Source of the DNA: an uncultured Anaerolineaceae bacterium
GTDB lineage: Bacteria > Chloroflexota > Anaerolineae > Anaerolineales > Villigracilaceae
Length of the DNA: 64,000 bases
Reading direction: 5' to 3'
Assembly (NCBI GenBank): GCA_964502095.1
Contig: CAZCUF010000011.1
Span: 10,459-74,458, forward strand
This document shows positions 54,851-63,110 of this stretch, one piece after another; within the stretch, counting starts at the first letter, position 1, and the number at the start of each line of letters is the position of its first letter. A program made the translations under genes and the position numbers. The notes below the pieces were generated by a model. It was not told where the DNA came from and ran no database searches. It saw only the letters and a list, made by a program, of their open reading frames with translations.

Positions 54851-55828
54851 ATGAACCGCAGGGATTATCTCCTTCGCAAACTTGGCTTTTCCTTGATGAC
54901 CGTGCTGATCGTGCTGGTCGTCAATTTTGTATTATTTCGAGTCTTGCCGGGCGACCCGGTGCGGGCAGTGATCGGGCGCAACGTGCGCATTTCGCCGCAG
55001 GTTCAGCAGGCTCTGCGCGTCCAATTCGGTCTGGATAAGCCGGTCTTTCCCGATCAGTTCTTCGATACGCTCGGGCAATGGTTGCAGGGAAACCTGGGCA
55101 TTTCGTGGTCTCAAAGACAGCCTGTTGCCGATATTCTGATCGCCAAATTGGGAAACACGCTTTTACTGATCGGCCTCGGGCAGATTCTTTCGATATTCTT
55201 CGGTGTGGCGCTTGGCCTGTTGGCCGGCTGGAAGCGCAAAACATCGGTTGACGTGGGCGCATTGACCTTTTCGCTGATCGCGTGGGCCATACCCACTTTT
55301 TGGCTTGGCATCATCTTATTAGCCGCCGGCAGTACCTGGCTCGGGCTGCCCACGGGCGGTATCGTCAGCCCGGCCAATATCAACAAGCCGCTCTACACGG
55401 TCATTCCCGATGTGGCGTGGCATCTGGCACTGCCCACGCTCACTCTCACCATCCTTTACCTCGGCGAATATATGCTTATCATGCGCTCCTCGGTGCTCGA
55501 AGTGCTGAATGAAGATTACATTCTGACTGCCAAGGCCAAAGGCATGAGTCACTGGCAGGTGCTGATGCGCCACGCGCTCAAGAACGCCATGCTCCCGGTG
55601 GTCACGTTGATCGCGTTGAATCTTGGCTTTACCGTCTCGGGCGCAATTTACATCGAAGCTGTTTTTTCCTACGACGGACTCGGCAAGCTTTTTCAGGATG
55701 CGCTCACGAAGCAGGACTATCCGCTTTTACAGGGCGCGTTTTTATTGCTGGCCGTCAGCGTGATCTTCGCCAATATGCTGGCGGACATCCTTTATACTTA
55801 CCTCGATCCGCGCGTGAAGGCAAATTAG
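54851..55828 (+). CDS. Peptide ABC transporter permease (DppB/OppB-like)
   Basis: YLLRKLGFSLMTVLIVLVVNFVLFRVLPGDPV N-terminus and an EAA-loop region (ILTAKAKGMS). Confidence 0.85.
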   Translation: MNRRDYLLRKLGFSLMTVLIVLVVNFVLFRVLPGDPVRAVIGRNVRISPQVQQALRVQFGLDKPVFPDQFFDTLGQWLQGNLGISWSQRQPVADILIAKLGNTLLLIGLGQILSIFFGVALGLLAGWKRKTSVDVGALTFSLIAWAIPTFWLGIILLAAGSTWLGLPTGGIVSPANINKPLYTVIPDVAWHLALPTLTLTILYLGEYMLIMRSSVLEVLNEDYILTAKAKGMSHWQVLMRHALKNAMLPVVTLIALNLGFTVSGAIYIEAVFSYDGLGKLFQDALTKQDYPLLQGAFLLLAVSVIFANMLADILYTYLDPRVKAN

Positions 55829-55829
55829 G

Positions 55830-56768
55830 ATGCGCGGCCTGACCGAATTTTGGCGGACGTTCCGCCGCAACAACCTCGGACTTTTGGGCGGGTTCCTGAT
55901 TCTGACGGCTCTGCTGGCCGCCATCTTTGCCCCGCTGTTGACTCCATATCAGCCCACCGATGTGATCCGCGATGTAAATGGAAGCGGCATGACCTTTGCT
56001 CCCCCGTCCGCTCACGGGCCGCTTGGCACAGACGACGCCGGACGCGATGTTTGGTCGGAGCTTGTTTACGGAGCGCGCATCTCCCTGACAGTCGGATTCA
56101 TGGCGGGTTTCATTGCCATGTTCGTGGGAAGCCTGTTTGGAATTCTCGCCGGTTACTTCGGCGGTTGGACCGATAACCTGCTCATGCGCGCCACCGATCT
56201 TTTGCTGGTCATCCCCGATCTGCCCTTGATGCTGGTGCTGGTCGCGACTTTGCGTCAGATGAAACTCAATGTTTCCCCACTGGTGATCATTATCCTCGTA
56301 ATCGGTCTCCTCTATTGGACCGGCGCCGCGCGCCTCATTCGTTCGCAGGTGTTGACCGTCAAGGAACGTCAATACGTGGCGCGGGCGCGCGCCATCGGCG
56401 CAGGGCATATTCACATCATTCGCAAACACATCCTGCCTCAGATTATGCCGTTGATCGTCGCGAACACTGTGTTGACCATTTCAACCGCCATCCTGGTCGA
56501 ATCCGGTTTGGCTTTTCTTGGCCTTGGCGACCCGACCAAACCGTCCTGGGGAACCATGCTCAACTTTGCCTTCGACCGTAACGCAGTCACGAACGGCGCG
56601 TGGTGGTTCTATCTTCCGCCGGGACTGGCCATCGTCTGGGTTTCGCTGGGCTGTATTTTATTGGGCAATATATTGGAGGAAATGCTCAATCCGCGTTTGA
56701 CCGCGCACCATCTTGAAGGCGATGAAAACATGATCGCCATCGCGGCCAGTCAAAGGTCCGAATCATGA
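55830..56768 (+). CDS. Peptide ABC transporter permease (DppC/OppC-like)
   Basis: PLGTDDAGRDVWSELVYGARISL motif and QYVARARAIGAGHIHIIRKHILP EAA loop. Confidence 0.85.
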   Translation: MRGLTEFWRTFRRNNLGLLGGFLILTALLAAIFAPLLTPYQPTDVIRDVNGSGMTFAPPSAHGPLGTDDAGRDVWSELVYGARISLTVGFMAGFIAMFVGSLFGILAGYFGGWTDNLLMRATDLLLVIPDLPLMLVLVATLRQMKLNVSPLVIIILVIGLLYWTGAARLIRSQVLTVKERQYVARARAIGAGHIHIIRKHILPQIMPLIVANTVLTISTAILVESGLAFLGLGDPTKPSWGTMLNFAFDRNAVTNGAWWFYLPPGLAIVWVSLGCILLGNILEEMLNPRLTAHHLEGDENMIAIAASQRSES

Positions 56769-57748
56769 GCGAACCCTTGTTGAGTGTGCGCGGACTAAGC
56801 ACCGAATTCATCACGCCGAACGGAAAAGTGGCGCGCGCGCTCGAGGACGTCTCGTTCGATGTGATGCCAGGGCAGACCGTCGGCCTGGTGGGTGAATCGG
56901 GTTGCGGTAAAACGACCACGCTGATGTCGGTCATGCGGCTTCTGCCGTCCAATGGCCGAATCGTAAACGGCCATGTGAAGTTCAATGGAAAAGACCTGCT
57001 GACGCTCAGCGAACCGGAAATGCGCGCTTATCGCTGGAAGGAAATGGCGATCGTATTTCAGAGCGCCATGAACGCGCTCAACCCGGTGATGAAGGTCGGC
57101 GATCAGATTCGCGAAGCGATTTTACTGCACGATTTGATGGACCGCGAGGCCGCGGAAAAACGCGTCGGCGAATTATTGGAAATGGTCGGCATCGCCCGCG
57201 CGCGCCGCGATCAATATCCGCATCAATATTCAGGCGGCATGCGTCAGCGCGCCATGATTGCCATGTCGCTGGCCTGCGCGCCCGATCTGCTGTTTGCCGA
57301 CGAACCCACTACGGCGCTGGATGTGATGATTCAAGCGCAAGTATTGGAACTTCTGCGCGATATTCAGAAAGCGCTCGGCCTGGCTGTGGTGCTGGTCACT
57401 CACGATCTCGGAGTTGTGGCGGAGGTCTGCGATTCGGTCGTTGTGATGTATGGCGGCCGGGTGGCGGAATACGGCACTGCGGATGCCATCTACAATCACG
57501 CTTCGCATCCATACACTCAACGGTTGCTGGCTTCCTTCCCGGACTTGAATCGGCCGGTTGACTCCCTCGCCTCGATTCCGGGCACGCCGCCGCGCCTTAC
57601 CGACCTGCCGACCGGCTGTCGTTTTCACCCGCGCTGTGACGTGAAGATTCCCGAATGTGAAACAAAGGTTCCGCCGCTGATCACCATCGCCGACGGACAT
57701 TATGCGGCCTGCCTGCTCTGCAAGGGCCGGGAGGCGAACTTTACATGA
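56765..57748 (+). CDS. Peptide ABC transporter ATPase (DppD/OppD-like)
   Basis: GESGCGKTT Walker A, YSGGMRQR signature, LLFADEPTTALD Walker B, C-terminal oligopeptide-ABC Cys motif (GCRFHPRC). Confidence 0.88.
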   Translation: MSEPLLSVRGLSTEFITPNGKVARALEDVSFDVMPGQTVGLVGESGCGKTTTLMSVMRLLPSNGRIVNGHVKFNGKDLLTLSEPEMRAYRWKEMAIVFQSAMNALNPVMKVGDQIREAILLHDLMDREAAEKRVGELLEMVGIARARRDQYPHQYSGGMRQRAMIAMSLACAPDLLFADEPTTALDVMIQAQVLELLRDIQKALGLAVVLVTHDLGVVAEVCDSVVVMYGGRVAEYGTADAIYNHASHPYTQRLLASFPDLNRPVDSLASIPGTPPRLTDLPTGCRFHPRCDVKIPECETKVPPLITIADGHYAACLLCKGREANFT

Positions 57749-58740
57749 ACGAACCTTTGGTTTTGAACGTGCAGGGGTTGTATAAATATTTCCCCGTTCG
57801 GCAGGCCATGTCCGACGTACTGCTTCATCGGCCGTTGAATTACGTCAGAGCGGTGGACGATGTTTCATTTACGTTAAAGCGCGGAGAAGTGCTGGCGATC
57901 GTGGGCGAATCGGGTTGCGGCAAAACGACCATTGCGCGCACGCTGATCGGCCTCGAGGAGCCGACGCGCGGCGAAATTCTTTTCGACGGTCAAATGGTGG
58001 GGCAGGATCAGGCCATTTCGCTGAAAGAACTTCGCCTGCACGCGCAGATGATCTTCCAGGACCCGTACGAATCGTTGAACCCGCGCTCGACCGTTTACGA
58101 TATCGTCTCCGAACCGCTCGAAGTACACGGCCTGCTCAAGGAACGCGCGGAACGCAAAGCGCGCGTCAAGGCCGCGCTGGAAGATGCCGGCTTGCGCCCC
58201 GCGGAAGAATATCTCCAGCGTTATCCGCATGAACTTTCCGGCGGACAGCGTCAGCGCGTAGTGATCGCAAGCGCGATGGTGCTCGACCCGAAACTGTTGA
58301 TCGCCGATGAACCCGTTTCGATGCTGGATGTTTCCATCCGCGCCGAGATTCTCAATTTGTTGCGCGAACTTCGCCAGAAGCGCGGCGTGAGCCTGGTGTT
58401 CATCACGCACGATCTCAGCACAGTTGCCTATTTCGCCGACCGCATTGCGGTGATGTATCTTGGCCGCATCGTGGAAACGGGCGCGGCGCGCGAAGTGCTG
58501 GCCAATCCACAGCATCCCTATACCAAGGCATTGATCTCCGTCATCCCCGTTCCGAATCCGCGTTTGCGCCGCGAGCGGCTTATTCTGCAAGGCGAAACTC
58601 CCAACCCGATCGACCTGCCGGGCGGTTGTCGTTTTCATCCGCGCTGTCCCGTTGCAATGGAACGTTGCAAGATCGAAGATCCGGCCTATGTGGAAGTGGG
58701 CGAACAGCACTATGCCGCATGTTTGCTGTTACAGAAATGA
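57745..58740 (+). CDS. Peptide ABC transporter ATPase (DppF/OppF-like)
   Basis: GESGCGKTT Walker A, LSGGQRQR signature, [12 protein letters not shown] Walker [10 protein letters not shown]. Confidence 0.88.
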   Translation: MNEPLVLNVQGLYKYFPVRQAMSDVLLHRPLNYVRAVDDVSFTLKRGEVLAIVGESGCGKTTIARTLIGLEEPTRGEILFDGQMVGQDQAISLKELRLHAQMIFQDPYESLNPRSTVYDIVSEPLEVHGLLKERAERKARVKAALEDAGLRPAEEYLQRYPHELSGGQRQRVVIASAMVLDPKLLIADEPVSMLDVSIRAEILNLLRELRQKRGVSLVFITHDLSTVAYFADRIAVMYLGRIVETGAAREVLANPQHPYTKALISVIPVPNPRLRRERLILQGETPNPIDLPGGCRFHPRCPVAMERCKIEDPAYVEVGEQHYAACLLLQK

Positions 58741-59513
58741 CAGACATCACCAGTTTGCAAAACCCGCGCGTCAAGCAGGTTGTGAAACTGCGCGAGGACA
58801 AACGCCAGCGCCAACGCGAAGGGTTGATGCTGGTCGAGGGATTCGACGAACTGACCCTGGCGCTCGCGGCCGGCTTTCAGCCGCAGACGGTCTTCACCGC
58901 CCCCGAACTTGTTGCGCGTCCGATTGACAACATCGCCGCCGAAACTCTCACCGTCAACCGCGCGGTATTCGAGAAGATGTCCTACCGGCAAAACCCGGAC
59001 GGCTGGCTGGGCATCTTTCCCATCCCCAATAAAACACTGAACGACTTGAAGTTAAGCCCGAAACCGCTGGTGATTGTGGCTGAGTCGGTGGAGAAGCCCG
59101 GCAACCTCGGCGCCATTTTGCGCACAGCCGACGCGGCGGGAGTGGACGCACTGCTGGTCTGCGACCCGCGCGTGGATTTATGGAATCCCAACGTGGTGCG
59201 CGCCAGCCGCGGGGCGTTGTTCTCGGTGCCAGCCGTCGAGGTGGATAACGCCTCGGCGCTGACCTGGTTGAAGTCGCGCGCGATGCGGATTCTTGCCGCC
59301 GCGCCCTCAGCCGAAACGTCGTACACATCCGTGGATTTGAATCAGGCAACCGCGCTCGCAGTCGGTACGGAAGACCGGGGCCTCTCCGATTTCTGGTTGA
59401 ACGCAGCGGATCTGAAAGTTTCGATCCCGATGCGCGGCAAGGTCAATTCGTTGAATGTTTCGATCGCCACCGCGCTGATCGTTTACGAAGCGATTCGCCA
59501 GCGGTCAAAATAG
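58737..59513 (+). CDS. TrmH/SpoU-family RNA methyltransferase
   Basis: NPRVKQVVKLRE..., EKPGNLGAILRTADAAGV, GTEDRGLS and PMRGKVNSLNVSIA motifs. ATGA overlap with the oppF-like stop supports a start at 58737. Confidence 0.8.
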   Translation: MTDITSLQNPRVKQVVKLREDKRQRQREGLMLVEGFDELTLALAAGFQPQTVFTAPELVARPIDNIAAETLTVNRAVFEKMSYRQNPDGWLGIFPIPNKTLNDLKLSPKPLVIVAESVEKPGNLGAILRTADAAGVDALLVCDPRVDLWNPNVVRASRGALFSVPAVEVDNASALTWLKSRAMRILAAAPSAETSYTSVDLNQATALAVGTEDRGLSDFWLNAADLKVSIPMRGKVNSLNVSIATALIVYEAIRQRSK

Positions 59514-59627
59514 TAAGGTTTGCGGGAACTTGAGAGTCGAGATAAATGAATTTGAGAGGCGCTTTTACCGGTTAGGGGTTACAATTCTAAAAGTTTTAGG
59601 TAGGTAGGAACGAAAGGAGAACCTGTT

Positions 59628-60887
59628 ATGAGTGAAACTACCGAATCGACAGAATCCACACAAACTTCTGTCTCGTTTTTCGACCGGCCGAACGTCAACC
59701 GGACGACGATTCCCGTGAGCAAGGGAGTTCCATTTGGATTTGAGAAAGTCTCGAATTCCGCTTTGGGAATCGGCGGCGCGTACGGAACCTGGGGGATGAG
59801 CTACGATAACCTGTCTTTGCCGGGATTGGTCGAGCACCGCATGGGCGCGCCGCTGGATAAAAGCGATTTGATGAGCCTGGGCGACCTTGGCTTTGTAAGC
59901 CGGCATCATACTCCGGACATGGAAGACAACGAGCATCTTGAGTTGGAAACCCAGGTGGGCGCGCGTCTTTTGCGGGCGGCCGCCGAAGCCAACGGCTGGA
60001 ACATCGAAGATGTGGAGGCGGTTTTGATCGGCATGAGCGGGCCGATCGCCACCGACTACGTCGAGAGAATTGCGCGGCGGGCCGGCGTCTCTGAAAGCGC
60101 GTTGAAGGTCAGTGTGCACAAGGCCTGTGACGGTTCGGTGGGCAGTTTGAATCTGGCGATGAATCCGGGGTTGGGAATTCCGGGCAAGTTGAATGTGGCT
60201 GAAGAACTGCAGGGCAGGAAAGTCCTGCTGGGCGGCATCGAAGGGTTGAGCCGCTTCACCCAGCACTCGCACGATAAGAATGCACTCCAGTTATTCGGGA
60301 ACGGCGCGGGGATCATCGGTGTGGTGCCGGGCGAATCGATGAAATTCATCACCGGTAAGACGCACGAGAATTTCGACGAAGACGGTGTGCTGGCTGTGCG
60401 CATGTACTACCCGCATTCCGGCGAGCGGATTCCGGGACATTCCCTGGTGGAAATCTCGCAAAACGGACAATCCATCCGCGTGGCCGGGCTGATGCACGAA
60501 CCGGAAGACGGCGCGCCGATCGAAATGGCCGGGCCGATGGGCATGGTGAAATTGTTCGTCCGAACCGGCGTGCAGGTGGTGGCCGACGTCTATGAGGCCT
60601 ACCAGAACATGATGGCCAAACTGGGACAGCCCACGCAGATCGCAGTGGCCATCGTACATCATGCCAATTACAAGATCAACAAGCTCAAGGAAAAACACCT
60701 TGCGAATCTGGGCATCCGATTCCCTATGCCGTGGGTGATGAACGATTTCGGGAACGTCAGCGCGGCCAGCAATATGATCGCGTTCCTGCGTGAACTGCCG
60801 AAGATGAGACCGGGCCAGCATATTCTGTTCGACGGTTTCGGCGCAGGCACTTATTACGACGTGCTGGCTGTCGCCCTGGGCGGATAG
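59628..60887 (+). CDS. Thiolase-fold condensing enzyme, KAS III (FabH)/type III PKS-like, orphan
   Basis: Candidate Cys-His-Asn triad: HKACDGSVGSL, VHHANYKIN, NDFGNVSAAS. GGAG Shine-Dalgarno before the ATG. No ACP or other fab/PKS genes nearby. Confidence 0.65.
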   Translation: MSETTESTESTQTSVSFFDRPNVNRTTIPVSKGVPFGFEKVSNSALGIGGAYGTWGMSYDNLSLPGLVEHRMGAPLDKSDLMSLGDLGFVSRHHTPDMEDNEHLELETQVGARLLRAAAEANGWNIEDVEAVLIGMSGPIATDYVERIARRAGVSESALKVSVHKACDGSVGSLNLAMNPGLGIPGKLNVAEELQGRKVLLGGIEGLSRFTQHSHDKNALQLFGNGAGIIGVVPGESMKFITGKTHENFDEDGVLAVRMYYPHSGERIPGHSLVEISQNGQSIRVAGLMHEPEDGAPIEMAGPMGMVKLFVRTGVQVVADVYEAYQNMMAKLGQPTQIAVAIVHHANYKINKLKEKHLANLGIRFPMPWVMNDFGNVSAASNMIAFLRELPKMRPGQHILFDGFGAGTYYDVLAVALGG

Positions 60888-60909
60888 CTCATTCCGCGAA
60901 TTGCAAACG

Positions 60910-60953
60910 AAAAACAATGTGGATGCCGGAAAGCATCCACATTGTTTTTTTTT
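60910..60953 (+). terminator. Strong rho-independent terminator
   Basis: Perfect 14-bp stem AACAATGTGGATGC / GCATCCACATTGTT flanked by an A-run and T9. Confidence 0.85.
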
Positions 60954-61022
60954 CTGCCGCCTGCGGATTCGTTCCGCAGTACAATTGAAAGCGCCCCATC
61001 GCAAAACCGGTAAATGAACCGC

Positions 61023-61051
61023 TTGCATTTTAGCGGGCTTCTTTCTACAAT
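61023..61051 (+). promoter_or_regulatory. Candidate sigma70 promoter (TTGCAT-17-TACAAT) for the second NB-ARC gene
   Basis: TTGCAT 61023-61028, a 17-nt spacer, TACAAT 61046-61051. Confidence 0.45.
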
Positions 61052-61089
61052 AAGCGGGTATCCTCCAGAGCAGGGAAGCAGAGGCGTGC

Positions 61090-63018
61090 ATGGCAAAGAA
61101 AGACAAATCGTCGGCTCCGCCCAAATCCGTTCACGCGGAAAACGGCGGCACTGGCATTGGCGGGAATGTTGTTAATTCCACGATCATCGCGGGCGATGGC
61201 AATACTGTAATCCAGCAAGCTCCTCCGCCGCCAGAGACTCACGACACCATCGGTTTCATCCCTCCCGCCAAAGCGGAGACGTATGTGCATCGCGGCAAGA
61301 TCGAAGAGGATGTGATCGCCCATATCCGCAAGGGAAATGCGGGAGCGATCGTTGGCGTCCACGCCCCGGGCGGACTTGGAAAAACCGAGCTCGCAAAGCA
61401 AGCCGCAGAAAAGTTGAAATCCGAATACGAAGTCCTGTGGGTGGACGTGGGCAAAAAGGAGCCGCGCCAATTACTCAGCGAGATTATGGGAAAGTGCGGC
61501 GTGCAAATTCAGCCGACCGATTCGGATGAACGGTTGAAGAACGAACTTCACCACGTCTATCTTTCCAGAAAAATATTCCTGATTCTCGATGATGTGCGCG
61601 AGGAATCGTTGAACCAGCTGGCGGAAATCCTGCCGCCCAGCCCCTGCGCCGCGCTGGTGACCAGCCGCATCCAGGACATTGGCGGCGTAAAAAACTTTGC
61701 GCTGGATGCGATGGATTGGAATCAAGCCCGCCAGTTATTCGAAGCGGTCCTGGGCGAAGCGGTTGTTGCGCCCGAACTCGATACGGTGAAAACGCTTGCT
61801 GAACGGTGCAAATTCAACCCGCTCGCCATGGAGATCGCCGCGCGGCGCATCCGCCAATTCGAAGGGACGCGTAAACCTGTGGCGCGCTATTTCGAGATCG
61901 CGCAAACCAGATTCTCGGAATTAAAAATGACCGGCGACGCTCGCTGGGATATGGACAAGGTCTTCGACATCAGCTATTTGGATTTGAGCGCGGAAGACCA
62001 GCAGAAATTCCAAAAGTTATCGGCGTTTCACCCGACGGGCTTTTCCGTGGAAGCGGTCGCCTTTCTTTGGAACGACGACATCCCGCTGGCGCGGAATCTG
62101 CTTTCGCGCTTCATCAACCTGTCGCTTGTAAAAATCGTCGAGATGGATTTGGAACGCTATCGCCTGCACGATCTGTTGGATGAGTTCACAACCCCGAAAC
62201 TCAAAGCCAGCGGAAAGTACAATGAGACAAAAACCGCGCTGGCGCAATGGCTGGTGAATTTATTCGGCGAACACTACACTGCGGATATCAGCACGGCTCC
62301 TCATGTTGCCGTTGAACGGGATAATTTACTCCACGCCTGCGAGTGGGCGAGGGGAGAAAAACAAGCGGAGGTTCTTGCCCTGCTGACGACCAAGCCTTGG
62401 AACTGGTTTTACAATATCTTTAGAGATTCATGGGGGCAATGGTTTGCCTGGCTCGAAGCCTCCTTGCAATTGGGTATTGAAGATAAGCAATTAAAAGCCA
62501 ACGTGCGAAAAGCGATGGGCGATGTGCAACAGTTCCGCGCTGAGCGAGATGCCGCGCTCGACAGTTACAACGAAGCCTTGAAACTCTTCCGTCAGGTCGG
62601 GGATAAATTGGGCGAAGCCAACGTGCGAAAAGCGATGGGCGATGTGCAACAGTTCCGCGCTGAGCGAGATGCCGCGCTCGACAGTTACAACGAAGCCTTG
62701 AAACTCTTCCGTCAGGTCGGGGATAAATTGGGCGAAGCCAACGTAATGGCAGCTAAAAGTCGAATGTCCATTCGCGCAGGCGAGATCGAAAACGCCGAAA
62801 AGCAATTAACAGAGATCATTCAAACGAGAAGACTGATAGGCGATCTTTACGGCGAGGGCGCTGACTATGGAAATTTTGCCATCGCTCTACTAGAGAGTGG
62901 ATATCGGGAAAAGGCAAGAGAGTACGCGCTCAAAGCGCGTCTGATTTTTGAGCAAATAAAACTGCCTGCCATTGTAGAGATGATGGATCGGGTTATTTCG
63001 GCGAGCCAAGAAGAATAA
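61090..63018 (+). CDS. NB-ARC-type STAND NTPase with N-terminal G/N/V/I motif and C-terminal TPR sensor
   Basis: ENGGTGIGGNVVNSTIIAGDGNTVIQQ N-terminus. VGVHAPGGLGKTELAKQAA P-loop. KIFLILDDV Walker B. ALVTSR (RNBS-B). FNPLAMEIAA (GxPLA-like). 40-aa TPR-like repeats at the C-terminus. Confidence 0.75.
   Translation: MAKKDKSSAPPKSVHAENGGTGIGGNVVNSTIIAGDGNTVIQQAPPPPETHDTIGFIPPAKAETYVHRGKIEEDVIAHIRKGNAGAIVGVHAPGGLGKTELAKQAAEKLKSEYEVLWVDVGKKEPRQLLSEIMGKCGVQIQPTDSDERLKNELHHVYLSRKIFLILDDVREESLNQLAEILPPSPCAALVTSRIQDIGGVKNFALDAMDWNQARQLFEAVLGEAVVAPELDTVKTLAERCKFNPLAMEIAARRIRQFEGTRKPVARYFEIAQTRFSELKMTGDARWDMDKVFDISYLDLSAEDQQKFQKLSAFHPTGFSVEAVAFLWNDDIPLARNLLSRFINLSLVKIVEMDLERYRLHDLLDEFTTPKLKASGKYNETKTALAQWLVNLFGEHYTADISTAPHVAVERDNLLHACEWARGEKQAEVLALLTTKPWNWFYNIFRDSWGQWFAWLEASLQLGIEDKQLKANVRKAMGDVQQFRAERDAALDSYNEALKLFRQVGDKLGEANVRKAMGDVQQFRAERDAALDSYNEALKLFRQVGDKLGEANVMAAKSRMSIRAGEIENAEKQLTEIIQTRRLIGDLYGEGADYGNFAIALLESGYREKAREYALKARLIFEQIKLPAIVEMMDRVISASQEE
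62495..62744 (+). repeat. Perfect 120-bp tandem direct duplication (2 full copies + 10 nt of a third) inside the TPR region
   Basis: 62495-62614 and 62615-62734 read identically base for base, and the identity runs on through AAGCCAACGT. Each copy encodes ANVRKAMGDVQQFRAERDAALDSYNEALKLFRQVGDKLGE. Confidence 0.95.
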
Positions 63019-63032
63019 ACTTGCTACGCAAA

Positions 63033-63068
63033 AGCCCTCCGAGACCTTGCCTTATCGGAGGGCTTTTT
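63033..63068. terminator. Bidirectional hairpin terminator between convergent genes
   Basis: 10-bp stem AGCCCTCCGA / TCGGAGGGCT flanked by AAA and TTTTT. Confidence 0.75.
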
Positions 63069-63110
63069 CTGTTCACCGATCACTGATTACTAATGACCAT
63101 TCACTGATTG

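Noticed and set aside
57874-58710. 278-aa ORF antisense to the oppF-like ATPase gene
   Set aside because: It lies entirely inside a gene with unambiguous ABC ATPase motifs on the other strand. Its translation is Arg/Ala/His-rich low-information sequence, typical of antisense frames in GC-rich DNA. I saw no Shine-Dalgarno.
59565-61124. Two long minus-strand ORFs (59565-60272 and 60291-61124) opposite the KAS III-like gene
   Set aside because: The plus-strand frame has a Shine-Dalgarno, a Cys-His-Asn triad and a strong downstream terminator oriented for it. The minus-strand ORFs lack any signal.
62495-62744. Possibility that the perfect repeat is a CRISPR array or a mobile-element terminus
   Set aside because: There are only two directly abutting 120-bp copies with no spacers. 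They are in frame inside a TPR-coding region, and no cas or transposase genes are nearby. It is an intragenic tandem duplication.
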